Shown here: positions 8,291-17,558 of the stretch, in pieces
Numbering within the stretch: position 1 is the stretch's first letter
Layout of the letters: every line of letters starts with the position of its first letter
Assembly (NCBI RefSeq): GCF_000009705.1
Contig: NC_003272.1
Location: 1,560,001-1,592,000, forward strand
Direction of reading: 5' to 3'
Length of the DNA: 32,000 bases
Source of the DNA: Nostoc sp. PCC 7120 = FACHB-418
GTDB taxonomy: Bacteria > Cyanobacteriota > Cyanobacteriia > Cyanobacteriales > Nostocaceae
Position numbers and translations under genes: made by a program
Notes under the pieces: model-generated
Told to the model about the DNA's origin: nothing
The model's input: only the letters and a program-made list of their open reading frames with translations
Database searches by the model: none

Positions 8291-10443
8291 ATAGTTGCAA
8301 TTAATTGTTTAAATTTTTCGTCACCTGCAATCTCATCAAAATCTATATCAGTGGCAGCATCTTCTTTATATTTGGGATTGAGAATGATAGCTTGTTGCAG
8401 ATTTTCTAGAGATGAGTTAACATCTCCTTGCATTGCATAACAGGCGGCTTTATTATAATAAGCACTGGCATATTCTGGTTTAATTTCTAAAGCTTGATTA
8501 AAAGAGGTGATTGCTTCATCATCACGACCTAATCTAACTAGAGAGTAACCGCGTTTGTCCCAAATTTTTGGAGAGTTCGGTTGTAATTCTAAGGCTTGAT
8601 CAAAAGAGGCGATCGCTTCTTCATATTCTTCTAATTCTATCAAAGCCAAGCCACGATTTAACCATACAACTGCATCATCGGGTTTAACTTGCGTAGCTTT
8701 ATCAAAGGCGGCAAATGCTTCTTGATGTCGGCGGATATTGCCGAAAGCTACACCAAGATCACACCAAGCTTGATGATAGTCTGGTTTAATCTTAATAGCC
8801 TGATGATAAGACTTTATCGCATCTTTGAAGCGTTTTAACCTTGCCAAAGTTAAGCCATGCTTAAACCAAGCTACAGCATTATCTTGTTGGATTTTAACAG
8901 CTTGTTCGTAACAGGTGATCGCTTCTTCGTAACTCTTTTGAGAAAATAGACTATCTCCCTGTTCAATACATTCATCAAAGCTTAATTGAGGCTGTTCATT
9001 TTCATTTACTAAAACTTCTAATTGATCTTTATGTATAGGTTGTGCTTCCACAACCACAGGGGGTTGATTTTCTGCCAACTCTTGCAGAATTACATCCTTA
9101 CGTCTTTGAGCATCTAATTGTAGCTCTGAGAGTTGGTTGACAAAATCTGTTTCTAATTTCTCTAGCTTTTGTAAAATCAGTAACTTTTGTTGTTGAGCAT
9201 TATGCTGTAATTCCGAGAATTGGGAAACAAACTCTGACCCAGATTTTTCTAATTCCTCAATGATTTTCTCTTTGCTATTTCCAGTATCTATTTTTAGTTC
9301 AGATAGATATGATGCTAACTCTTGCTGAGTCTGTATCTGTAATTCAGCAACTTGAGCCTGGAATAAATCTTTCAGTTCTTCTAAACGGTGAATAATCTTA
9401 TCTTTACGTATTTGTGCATCTGTATGCAATTTGTTTAAGTTATTATCCAGTGAATCTTTTTGCTTTTGAGCTTCTAATTGCAGTTCCGAGACCTGGTTAT
9501 TAAAAATATTGGCGACTTCTTGAATATTTCCTAGCTGAATATCTTTCTGTTGTTGTAAATCTCCCTGCAATTCTGCTTGAAAGTGAGAAAAATCCTCAAA
9601 AACACTATTTTTATTTTTCTGAGCTTCTGCCTGTAAATTTATCAGATAATTATTAAAATCAACCCCAGCAGTATCTATATTTCCTAAAACCGCCTTTTGG
9701 TGTCTTTCAGCTTCTTTTTGTAGTTCTGTGAGTTGAACCTCAAGTAGCGACTCTATCTTAATAATATTTTCTAAAGTTATATCTCTTTGCTTTTTAGTAT
9801 CTGAGTCAGATTGAGTTAATCTATGAGCAAATTCCCCGACTAAACTCTCTAGCTTACTTTGAAAATTAGCAATCTCTGTTGTTATTTGCGCTAAATTATC
9901 TGTTTTTGCTTGCAGTAACTCGGATGTTACAACAGACAAATTTTCTTGCTCAATTTTGATTTTTTGCTGTAATGATTCAATTTCTCTTTCTAAAAGACGA
10001 TTGATACTTTTTGCATCTTGAATGAGATTTTCAGCATCTTGTTTAACGATGATTAACTGAGTTTCTAGTTTCTCTATTCCCTCAAATTGGGACATTGCTC
10101 TATTGACAATTTCTCGAATGGCTACTCGCCGTAACAACCAAAATAGAGCAATGATGGCGACAGGAAATAAACTGAGGATGACTAACCAGATATTGAGCAG
10201 GACGGTTGTACGGCTAAAGGCTTGCTCAAAATCAGCTTGGATTTGTGCGCGTTCACCTTTTTCTGCACGCAATCTTGTTAACTCTTCTCTTTCCTGATTT
10301 GTTAATGCTTGAGCGAGTATTTTTTGTTGAGAGATGGATACTGTAGCTTGTCCACGGCTAATATCAGCAAACATCAGAAAAGAAGAAAAGACTAAAGTGC
10401 TTTTCAAAAGTAAGGATACAAAAAATTGATTCTTGCTCTTCAT
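8269..10443 (-). CDS. Membrane-anchored coiled-coil / TPR repeat protein
   Basis: N-terminal signal-like segment plus one TM helix ('LLNIWLVILSLFPVAIIALFWLL'). About 350 aa of coiled coil carry an internal recurring 'SELQL(E/D)AQ(K/R)(Q/R)KD' unit. The C-terminal ~200 aa hold about 6 TPR units (A-x-x-x-Y/F-x-x-A-L/I-x-x-x-P pattern). Confidence 0.8.
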   Translation of the reverse strand: MKSKNQFFVSLLLKSTLVFSSFLMFADISRGQATVSISQQKILAQALTNQEREELTRLRAEKGERAQIQADFEQAFSRTTVLLNIWLVILSLFPVAIIALFWLLRRVAIREIVNRAMSQFEGIEKLETQLIIVKQDAENLIQDAKSINRLLEREIESLQQKIKIEQENLSVVTSELLQAKTDNLAQITTEIANFQSKLESLVGEFAHRLTQSDSDTKKQRDITLENIIKIESLLEVQLTELQKEAERHQKAVLGNIDTAGVDFNNYLINLQAEAQKNKNSVFEDFSHFQAELQGDLQQQKDIQLGNIQEVANIFNNQVSELQLEAQKQKDSLDNNLNKLHTDAQIRKDKIIHRLEELKDLFQAQVAELQIQTQQELASYLSELKIDTGNSKEKIIEELEKSGSEFVSQFSELQHNAQQQKLLILQKLEKLETDFVNQLSELQLDAQRRKDVILQELAENQPPVVVEAQPIHKDQLEVLVNENEQPQLSFDECIEQGDSLFSQKSYEEAITCYEQAVKIQQDNAVAWFKHGLTLARLKRFKDAIKSYHQAIKIKPDYHQAWCDLGVAFGNIRRHQEAFAAFDKATQVKPDDAVVWLNRGLALIELEEYEEAIASFDQALELQPNSPKIWDKRGYSLVRLGRDDEAITSFNQALEIKPEYASAYYNKAACYAMQGDVNSSLENLQQAIILNPKYKEDAATDIDFDEIAGDEKFKQLIATIGIRFDF

Positions 10444-10728
10444 TACAACTATCCTGATTTGTTGGTCAATTGTTGAGGCGGTGTGCTTATCTCCTAATCT
10501 ATAACATTCAGATATGAAAGACGATGAAGCCTATGACTTTAGTTCCGGAGTGTAGGGGTACAGGGGTAATACCAATTCTCCAAAATTAAGCAACAGATGT
10601 AAAGCTTGAAACCCAGAGAGTAACAGATTTTCTTAATTGCGAATTGCGTTGGTGTTAGCCTACTCTGCGAGTTCTCCGCAGGAAGACAGCGAATTGGTAT
10701 AATACCTGTTTTTTTGTAGGGGATCTAT

Positions 10729-12651
10729 TTATAGTAATTCTGTTAGGGAAAATTGGCGTTGTCGGTCTAGTTCTTGTAGCTTGATTTTTTCGGTGTAGAA
10801 TGCCTGATAATATGATTGCCATTTTTCTGGTTCAGTTTCAGGATCAGTTTCTTGCCACAGTTCCAGAAAGTGACGATAACGCTTTTCTGTTAACACTCGT
10901 TCCATACAGGCGATCGCTGCTTGTACAACTTGGGTAGTCCGCATGATCTCTTTCTTGGTTTTCTCATTGAGATGAAACAGATGAGAAATTACCCCAAGTT
11001 CTTCAGCTATTTCTAAATATATATCTTGCAATCGGGAAACTAAATCAACCTGTTCACCTGTGCATTCTAAAATCTGTTGCCACAAAAATCTATGGTGGGA
11101 TAGGCTAAACTCTAAATTTCTGGCTTCTAGTTCTTCCATAATCACTCGACGCTGTTCGGGACAATGGAGGTAAATCCGCAGTAGTAGCGCCTCAGCTAGT
11201 TCTAGCAGGCTGCGATCGCCATTGAGTGAAGAAGTAGGGTTGGGGACTAGGGAAAGGCTTCTATTCGTCCTGGTTGACAGGGGTTTGTTATAGCCGGCGG
11301 TAGTTGGGGTGATTTGCGTGAGGAGATTTTCCACTCGCAGGGGGATGAGTCTGGTGTCTCCTAAGCTGAGGATTTCCGCGCAGTAAGAAACATAATAGTT
11401 ACGGGTATCACTATTAACTATATTTTTGAGTAGTTTGACAAATTGCTGTGTAACTTGCTGAAAATCAGTCGCTTGTTTTAAATCGCGGTCTTTGATAATC
11501 TGCTGAATCTGCCAGTTCAACCATAAGGGCGCATTTGCTAATAATTGCCCGTAATCTGCTGGTGTATGGCTACGCAGATATTCATCAGCATCTTTGCCAT
11601 CGGGGATATTGAGAATTTTCAGTTGCACTTCGCCTTTGTAAGCTAAATCGGCAATTTCCCCGATCGCCCTTTCGGCGGCGTTGGTTCCGGCTTTATCTGC
11701 ATCAAAGTTGAGTACCAACTGTTTTGAGTCGGTGTAGCGTAATATTAGCCGGACTTGTTCTAAACTCAGGGCAGTACCTAAAGAAGCCACAGCATGATTA
11801 ATTCCGGCTGCGTGGAGAGCGATCGCATCAAAATAACCTTCCACCACCACGGCTTGATCAAACTGGGAAATCCCCGCTTTGGCTTGGTCGAGGGCGAAGA
11901 GGGTTTTACCTTTATTAAATAGTTCGGTTTCTGGTGAATTTAAATACTTCGGTTGTTCATCCGTTAAAGTTCGTCCACCAAAGCCAATTACCCGTCCTTG
12001 GATATCGCGGATGGGAATCATGAGGCGATCGCGGAACACATCATAATATCCAGCGCCTTCCTTACGCGGTTTAATCAAACCTGCTTTTTCTACCAGATGC
12101 ACTGGATAATGTTTATCTTCCACCAAATAACGATGGAGAGTTTCCCAACCTGCGGGCGCATAACCCAAGCCGAACTGTTGGATTGTTACTTCATTAAATT
12201 GGCGATCGCTTAGTAAATACTGCATCGCCCTTTGTCCTTGTGATTGTCTGAGGGCGTGTTGATAAAAACTAGCCGCCGAAGCCAGCACCTCATACAACTG
12301 TTCCCGCAACGATATCTGACGCTGTAATTCTTGCCTTTGCTCTGGTTCCAGGGTTTGGACTGGGACTTGGTAGCGCCTAGCTAAATCTAACACCACATCC
12401 GCAAACGATCGCTTGCCCAATTCCATCAAAAACTTAATCGAATTTCCCCCAGCCTGACAACCGAAGCAATAATACATTTGCTTAGTTTGGCTGACAGTAA
12501 AACTAGGAGATTTTTCATCATGGAAAGGACACAAGCCGACAAAATCTTTACCCCGCTTGCGTAAAACCACATATTCCGATACCACATCGACAATATCAGC
12601 CCGATGTTTCACTTCATCAATCGTATCTGGATGGAGGCGCGGAATTTGCAT
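10729..12651 (-). CDS. dnaG: DNA primase
   Basis: Zinc-ribbon motif 'CPFHDEKSPSF...CFGC', TOPRIM motif 'VVVEGYFD', and 640 aa length. Confidence 0.95.
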   Translation of the reverse strand: MQIPRLHPDTIDEVKHRADIVDVVSEYVVLRKRGKDFVGLCPFHDEKSPSFTVSQTKQMYYCFGCQAGGNSIKFLMELGKRSFADVVLDLARRYQVPVQTLEPEQRQELQRQISLREQLYEVLASAASFYQHALRQSQGQRAMQYLLSDRQFNEVTIQQFGLGYAPAGWETLHRYLVEDKHYPVHLVEKAGLIKPRKEGAGYYDVFRDRLMIPIRDIQGRVIGFGGRTLTDEQPKYLNSPETELFNKGKTLFALDQAKAGISQFDQAVVVEGYFDAIALHAAGINHAVASLGTALSLEQVRLILRYTDSKQLVLNFDADKAGTNAAERAIGEIADLAYKGEVQLKILNIPDGKDADEYLRSHTPADYGQLLANAPLWLNWQIQQIIKDRDLKQATDFQQVTQQFVKLLKNIVNSDTRNYYVSYCAEILSLGDTRLIPLRVENLLTQITPTTAGYNKPLSTRTNRSLSLVPNPTSSLNGDRSLLELAEALLLRIYLHCPEQRRVIMEELEARNLEFSLSHHRFLWQQILECTGEQVDLVSRLQDIYLEIAEELGVISHLFHLNEKTKKEIMRTTQVVQAAIACMERVLTEKRYRHFLELWQETDPETEPEKWQSYYQAFYTEKIKLQELDRQRQFSLTELL

Positions 12652-12674
12652 TTTTGTTACTTGTCAGTTGTCAG

Positions 12675-12694
12675 AGACGCGATTAATCGCGTCT
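12675..12694. promoter_or_regulatory. Perfect 20-bp palindrome AGACGCGATTAATCGCGTCT in a divergent intergenic region
   Basis: Read directly. It is flanked by TTGTCAG-type heptamers and lies between the dnaG start (12651, -) and the amidase start (12818, +). Confidence 0.4.
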
Positions 12695-12817
12695 GTACAG
12701 TTGTCAGTGTTCAGTGGTCAGTATATCTATTCCCACTCCCCATATAATGATTGTTGCCAAGCCAAAAATATTGTATAGAATTGCTTACGCTTAATTTTAT
12801 CAGAGGAAATACGGGAG

Positions 12818-14170
12818 ATGGGGCGTATTTTTATTTCGGCAGCCCACGGAGGCAGAGAAGCGGGAGGAGTAGATCCAGGCTCAATCGCGGGGGGAACGAC
12901 GGAAGCTAGAGAGATGATTCTGTTACGAGATTTAATTGTGACAGAATTGCGATCGCGGAGTTTTGAAGTTTTGTCTGTTCCCGATGATTTGAGTGCGGCT
13001 GATACTATCGCCTGGATCAATGCTCGTGGTCGTCGAGGTGATGTATCCCTAGAAGTCCATGCTGATTCGGCGAGTAGTCCGGCTGTGCGGGGTGCTAGTG
13101 TGTTTTATATTGCCAGTAATAATGAGCGTAAAAGCAACGGGGAATTGCTGTTAGTTGGATTGTTACGCCGTGTACCCCAGTTACCAAATCGGGGTGTTAA
13201 ACCAGATACAGACAGTGGTTTGGGTAGATTAGCCTTTTGTCGGCAGATTGCGATCGCTTCTTTACTCATGCAGGTGGCTTTTCTCAGCAGTCCTGAGGAT
13301 CGGGCTTTGCTGCAAAATCGTCGGCGCGATTTCGCTTTGGGTATTGCTGATGGTTTGGCTTCATGGAGTCGAGTAATTGACCCTAACCCAGGAACTCCCG
13401 CAGACCCGAATTACCCACCCATCAATATTAATATTAACGGGCAGAATTATGCAGAGCAAGGCATCTTAGTTAATGGTAACGCTTACATTCCCATTGATTT
13501 AGTCGATCGCCTGCGGATTGATTTATCAAAAGCACCGAATGTCAATCGCATTACCTATCGGCGAATTGTCTATGTCAAAGCGGTGGAACTGCGAGATTTT
13601 AATGTAGCCGTTAGCTGGGATGCAGCAACACGCACCGTCATCTTACGTTCCAATTTGGTAGTGTGTCCTGGTCAAATTGACAGAATCATGTCCAATGGAA
13701 CTACCTCAGAAGTGCAAATGCAACTATTCTTGAGAAACAATAACGAAAATGCCTTAGCCCAATTTCCTGACTTACCTAAACTCTATCGAGAAGAAGCCAG
13801 CGCCGAGGGCGTAAATTATGACATTGCTTTCTGTCAAATGTGCGTAGAAACAGGATTTTTGCGCTTTGGTGGGGATATTAAAGCAGAACAAAATAACTTT
13901 GCCGGTTTAGGTTCCATTGGTGGCGGTACAGAAGCAGCAGCTTTTCCCAGTGCCAGGATCGGTGTCAGGGCGCACATCCAGCACCTCAAAGCCTACGCCA
14001 GTTTAGAACCCCTAGTCAATGAAGTAGTAGATCCCAGATTTCGCTTTGTCACCCGTGGCGTGGCGACAAAAATTGATGAACTTTCAGGACGTTGGTCAGC
14101 CGATTTAGATTATGGGTCAAAAATCACAGCTATGGTAAAACGTTTATACGAGTCCGCCGGTTTGTTTTAA
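12818..14170 (+). CDS. Bifunctional-looking cell-wall hydrolase: MurNAc-L-Ala amidase (Amidase_3-like) plus C-terminal glucosaminidase-like domain
   Basis: The N-terminus reads 'IFISAAHGG...EVHADS', as in amidase_3. A middle segment resembles the copper-amine-oxidase-N-like stalk ('INGQNYAEQGILVNGNAYIPIDLV'). The C-terminus reads 'CQMCVETGFLRFGG...NNFAGLGS', as in glucosaminidase domains. No signal peptide is visible. Confidence 0.7.
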   Translation: MGRIFISAAHGGREAGGVDPGSIAGGTTEAREMILLRDLIVTELRSRSFEVLSVPDDLSAADTIAWINARGRRGDVSLEVHADSASSPAVRGASVFYIASNNERKSNGELLLVGLLRRVPQLPNRGVKPDTDSGLGRLAFCRQIAIASLLMQVAFLSSPEDRALLQNRRRDFALGIADGLASWSRVIDPNPGTPADPNYPPINININGQNYAEQGILVNGNAYIPIDLVDRLRIDLSKAPNVNRITYRRIVYVKAVELRDFNVAVSWDAATRTVILRSNLVVCPGQIDRIMSNGTTSEVQMQLFLRNNNENALAQFPDLPKLYREEASAEGVNYDIAFCQMCVETGFLRFGGDIKAEQNNFAGLGSIGGGTEAAAFPSARIGVRAHIQHLKAYASLEPLVNEVVDPRFRFVTRGVATKIDELSGRWSADLDYGSKITAMVKRLYESAGLF

Positions 14171-14202
14171 TAGTGAATCCGGTCTAAGCAACGCCCAAAA
14201 CT

Positions 14203-15321
14203 CTAACATTTTTGATATCTCATCCCTGGGAGTTGCGAAACTATACCCATCAATTCTAACTGTAATAAAGCACTGGAAACCGAACCAGCATTCATACCTG
14301 TTTGCTGAATAATCAAATCGAAGGGTAAAGCATCAAAACTAATAGTATCAAGTACCCGTTGCAGTTCTGGTGATAAAGTAGGTAAACTCAACTGCTCTGG
14401 TACTGATGATTTATCCACCACATCCAAGTGTGGTATTGCTCCCAGCATTTTTAAAAGTTCATCGATTTCTCTGATAATTAAAGAAGCCCCTTGGCTGAGT
14501 AATTTTAAACAACCTTGGGATGGATGATCATCTACTCTTCCGGGGAGTGCATAAACATCTCTACCGAAATCATTGGCGTAGGTAGCCGTAATTAATGCAC
14601 CAGACTTGATTGGTGCTTCCATTACCAAAATCGCGCGACTCAACCCCGCAATAATTCTATTACGACGAGGGAAGTGAGTGCGATCGGGTGGGGTTTTGGC
14701 AGGATATTCACTCACAACCAATCCATTGGTCAAAATCTGCTGGTACAAATCCCGATTTTTATGGGGATAGACAACATCTACACCTGTACCTAAAACAGCA
14801 ATAGTTCGTCCACCAGCTTTTATAGTTGCATTGTGGCTTACCGTATCGATTCCTTCCGCCATACCAGAAACCACAGTGAAGCCATTTTTAGCTAAAGCAG
14901 TGCTAATTTGCCGAGTCCAGCGTATGCCATACTCTGACGGTTGACGTGTCCCAACAATTCCCACTAAGGGTTTATTTCCCCAATTTTCTTGTAAATCTAC
15001 CTCACCCTGATAGTACAACATGGGTGGTGGGCTGGGAGTTTCTAACAACAAACGGGGGTAGTTGGTATCGGCTGGTGTCCAGAAATTTGGGTTGTCTTGC
15101 TCATGCTGGATGAGTAATTGTTGTGGGTGAAGACGCGATCGCTGTTTTACCACTTTTTCTAAAGTCTGTAAACCAAAGCCCTCAACTTCCCCTAACTGCG
15201 CCTGAGGAGCATTCCAAGCTACTGCTAATGTACCGAAATGCTGCTGTAATCGTCGCAGCAAAACAGGCCCAACCCCGGAAATTTGCGCCCAAGCTAACCA
15301 ATAGGCTCGTTCTTCACCCAC
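14203..15321 (-). CDS. dprA: DNA-processing protein DprA (Smf)
   Basis: Motifs 'GTRQPSEYG', 'SGMAEGIDTVSH' and 'LVVSEYP', with a C-terminal winged-helix-like tail. Confidence 0.9.
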   Translation of the reverse strand: MGEERAYWLAWAQISGVGPVLLRRLQQHFGTLAVAWNAPQAQLGEVEGFGLQTLEKVVKQRSRLHPQQLLIQHEQDNPNFWTPADTNYPRLLLETPSPPPMLYYQGEVDLQENWGNKPLVGIVGTRQPSEYGIRWTRQISTALAKNGFTVVSGMAEGIDTVSHNATIKAGGRTIAVLGTGVDVVYPHKNRDLYQQILTNGLVVSEYPAKTPPDRTHFPRRNRIIAGLSRAILVMEAPIKSGALITATYANDFGRDVYALPGRVDDHPSQGCLKLLSQGASLIIREIDELLKMLGAIPHLDVVDKSSVPEQLSLPTLSPELQRVLDTISFDALPFDLIIQQTGMNAGSVSSALLQLELMGIVSQLPGMRYQKC

Positions 15322-15363
15322 ATTCCCATCCTCACACCCACTGGGTTGAGTATTCCCAAATTT

Positions 15364-15506
15364 GGGGGTTGGGTATCGGGGATTGGGGGTTGGGGATTGG
15401 GGGTTGGGGATTGGGGATTGGGGACTGGGGATTAGGGACTAGGGATTGGGGATTGGGGATTGGGGACTGGGGATTGGGGACTGGGGATTGGGGGTTAGGG
15501 ACTGGG
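15364..15506. repeat. STRR1-type heptamer array (GGGGATT/GGGGACT, about 20 units)
   Basis: Tandem 7-nt periodicity read directly. The reverse complement CCCCA(A/G)T matches the STRR1 consensus described for heterocystous cyanobacteria. The array lies between the dprA start and the stop of the next gene. Confidence 0.9.
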
Positions 15507-15555
15507 AAAAGTTCTCCCCTGCCTCCTCTGCCTCCCCTGCTTCTTATTCTGTCTC

Positions 15556-16212
15556 CTAAACTTTGACTGAGTTTTTATCTTTTAGATAGGCAAATACGGA
15601 TTTATCACCAATATCGGGAGGAATGGCTTGTATGACCTTACGCACAGCAAATATTAAGAATAAAATTGCCCAAGTTCCTAATAAAATTTGTTCCCATTGA
15701 GTTGGTAAAACTCCTACCAAATGTCCTAATAAAAGTGTGGGTACGAGGAAAGTTAGGACTTTGGTTTCTAAACGATAAAAACAAAACGCTTCTTTGAAAT
15801 AAATCCCTGTTAAGGCTGCGAAGGTAAAACCAATTCCCAATATGGTCAAAGGTTGATTGTATACAGTCACAGCAAAAGGTTGACTGTCGGAATGTCCGAA
15901 GATAAACGCAGCAATGCTACCAATTATCCAAAAGACCTGTAAGAGTCTGTGCAACGGTGCAAGATAAATATGAATCGTCAATAAACTTACTCCCAGCGCC
16001 AGGCTGAAGCAAGTGTATAAGGGCGTTAGTGCTTGGATAGCAATAGGATTATTGGTAAATAATACTAAAGCAGTGCCAATGGCAAAGCTCAAGGCGGCTA
16101 CCATTAAACCAGAACGGTAAATAATCACACCATTGCGATCTCTCTGATTAATCGTAAACTCCCCAAACTGGCCTTGATAAACTTCCGGTGCAGATATTGT
16201 TGATGTAGTCAT
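15556..16212 (-). CDS. Integral membrane protein (DUF2301-like)
   Basis: 218 aa with about 6 hydrophobic helices and no enzymatic motif. It resembles a conserved cyanobacterial membrane protein family. Confidence 0.55.
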   Translation of the reverse strand: MTTSTISAPEVYQGQFGEFTINQRDRNGVIIYRSGLMVAALSFAIGTALVLFTNNPIAIQALTPLYTCFSLALGVSLLTIHIYLAPLHRLLQVFWIIGSIAAFIFGHSDSQPFAVTVYNQPLTILGIGFTFAALTGIYFKEAFCFYRLETKVLTFLVPTLLLGHLVGVLPTQWEQILLGTWAILFLIFAVRKVIQAIPPDIGDKSVFAYLKDKNSVKV

Positions 16213-16249
16213 TAGTCATTAGTCCATATTCATTAGTCAACAGTCAACG
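16208..16249. repeat. 7-nt tandem array (GTCATTA x2, GTCCATA, TTCATTA, GTCAACA, GTCAACG)
   Basis: Read directly. The array overlaps the start codon of the 15556..16212 ORF. Confidence 0.7.
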
Positions 16250-16276
16250 GTTCTCACCTTGCCTTTATTCACTAGT

Positions 16277-17077
16277 CTAATAACTAATGACTTCTAGAGG
16301 ATCTTGCAAGTTAATTTGTAACTGTGAATGTGCATCACCGCTATTGATGGCAATTTCTACCCAGCCATGACTGCCAATTAAAGCTGTAGCCTCTCCCAGT
16401 TTCACATTACTATAGGTATCACACCCCGGAATCATCAAGCCACTAACTTGCACACACCATTTTTTGCCTTGTATGCAATCACCAGGAATATTACTAACTA
16501 AATTACCAAAGTAATCTATATATTGAATACTACCAGACCAGCCGGTTGCTGTCTGAGTACAGTTTTTCATATTCATCTGTACCAAACTGGCTGGTTCAAT
16601 TTCTTGCCCCAGATGTTGAAGAGATACACCACTAGCTAGATGAGCGCCGACTGGGGCAAAAATATCTCTACCATGAAAAGTTTTGCTAGGTTCAGGAGTA
16701 CGCCAATACTGGGAATTAGTTAGCTCCACAACTGCCATAGCTGGACTTTGAGATAGTACACCGCTAAATATGCCATTATCTGGCCCGACTAGAAACCCAT
16801 CTGCAAATTCTACTGCGATCGCTCGTCTTCTACTACCCACCCCCGGATCTACCACTGCTATGTGTACAGTCCCCTCTGGGAAGTAGGGACAAGCATTCAT
16901 CAAACAAAACCTAGCAGCAGCAATATTTTGCGGTGGTATTTGATGGGTTAAATCCACCACCTGCAATTTAGGGTTGATTTGGGCAATTACTCCTTTCATT
17001 ACAGATACATACACATCGCGATCGCCAAAATCACTCAGTAAAGTCAACAGAGGCTGATTAGACCAATTTTTCGGCAT
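16277..17077 (-). CDS. SAM hydrolase / SAM-dependent halogenase family protein (DUF62)
   Basis: Motifs 'LLSDFGDRDVYVSVMKGVI', 'VDLTHQIPPQNI', 'VVDPGVGSRRR' and 'VGPDNG' are characteristic of the 5'-fluoro-5'-deoxyadenosine synthase / SAM hydroxide adenosyltransferase fold. Confidence 0.85.
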   Translation of the reverse strand: MPKNWSNQPLLTLLSDFGDRDVYVSVMKGVIAQINPKLQVVDLTHQIPPQNIAAARFCLMNACPYFPEGTVHIAVVDPGVGSRRRAIAVEFADGFLVGPDNGIFSGVLSQSPAMAVVELTNSQYWRTPEPSKTFHGRDIFAPVGAHLASGVSLQHLGQEIEPASLVQMNMKNCTQTATGWSGSIQYIDYFGNLVSNIPGDCIQGKKWCVQVSGLMIPGCDTYSNVKLGEATALIGSHGWVEIAINSGDAHSQLQINLQDPLEVISY

Positions 17078-17114
17078 AGCCTATAAAAATATCTATATTA
17101 AATTAATTTTTTCT

Positions 17115-17128
17115 GTAACATACACTAC
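17115..17128. promoter_or_regulatory. Candidate NtcA-type site GTA-N8-TAC (cTGTAACATACACTACg)
   Basis: The palindromic half-sites were read directly. Candidate -10 elements are 'tatgct' and 'tatgtt' at 17135-17145. The spacing to -10 is shorter than in canonical class II NtcA promoters. Confidence 0.25.
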
Positions 17129-17188
17129 GAAACTTATGCTATGTTAGGAAGAACAGACATAAAGCAGAAAAATTAAGAGGTTAATCCT

Positions 17189-17344
17189 ATGAGCCAAACT
17201 AGATTTAAGGCGAATAGCACTGCCAAGGAAGTACACAGACAAAATATTCAAAGAAACATACAGCACCGTCTAGACGTAGCTAGAGCCAAAGGTGATGAAA
17301 GACTAATTCGGCAACTAGAAGCTGAATTAAGACAATTTGCCTAA
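17189..17344 (+). CDS. Small basic helical protein, 51 aa (below the ORF-track cutoff)
   Basis: ATG at 17189 is preceded by AAGAGG 8 nt upstream. The translation is MSQTRFKANSTAKEVHRQNIQRNIQHRLDVARAKGDERLIRQLEAELRQFA, with TAA at 17342-17344. An intrinsic terminator follows about 40 nt downstream. Confidence 0.6.
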   Translation: MSQTRFKANSTAKEVHRQNIQRNIQHRLDVARAKGDERLIRQLEAELRQFA

Positions 17345-17382
17345 ATTTCAGGACTCATTGTTCATAGTTTTGTTGTGTTCAT

Positions 17383-17404
17383 CCCGCTCAGGCGGGTTTT
17401 TTAT
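17383..17404 (+). terminator. Rho-independent terminator
   Basis: 'cccgc tcag gcggg' followed by 'ttttttatt'. Confidence 0.7.
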
Positions 17405-17558
17405 TGGAGACTCAGGTTAACCATTAATATTCCTCCTTTCCAACTCCTGCATAAAAACTAAAACCTCAACGTGTAACTCAGCAAGAGGTTCAAAGGCTAA
17501 GGCCAGACTTCAATACACAGAAAACAAGGTTTATTGTTTTTTCTACAGGAGATAAAAG

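Noticed and set aside
12727-13020. 97-aa minus-strand ORF across the amidase start
   Set aside because: It overlaps the well-supported amidase N-terminus in antisense and runs through the heptamer/palindrome region.
15364-15506. Possible CRISPR array (also considered for the arrays at 28745-28792 and 29418-29738)
   Set aside because: The repeats are 7, 16 or 66 bp and directly abutting, with no unique spacers. No cas genes are present.
15123-15566. 147-aa plus-strand ORF with 'GLGIGDWGLGIG...' repeats
   Set aside because: Its 5' half is antisense to dprA. Its 3' half is just the translation of the STRR1 heptamer array, so it is a repeat artefact rather than a gene.
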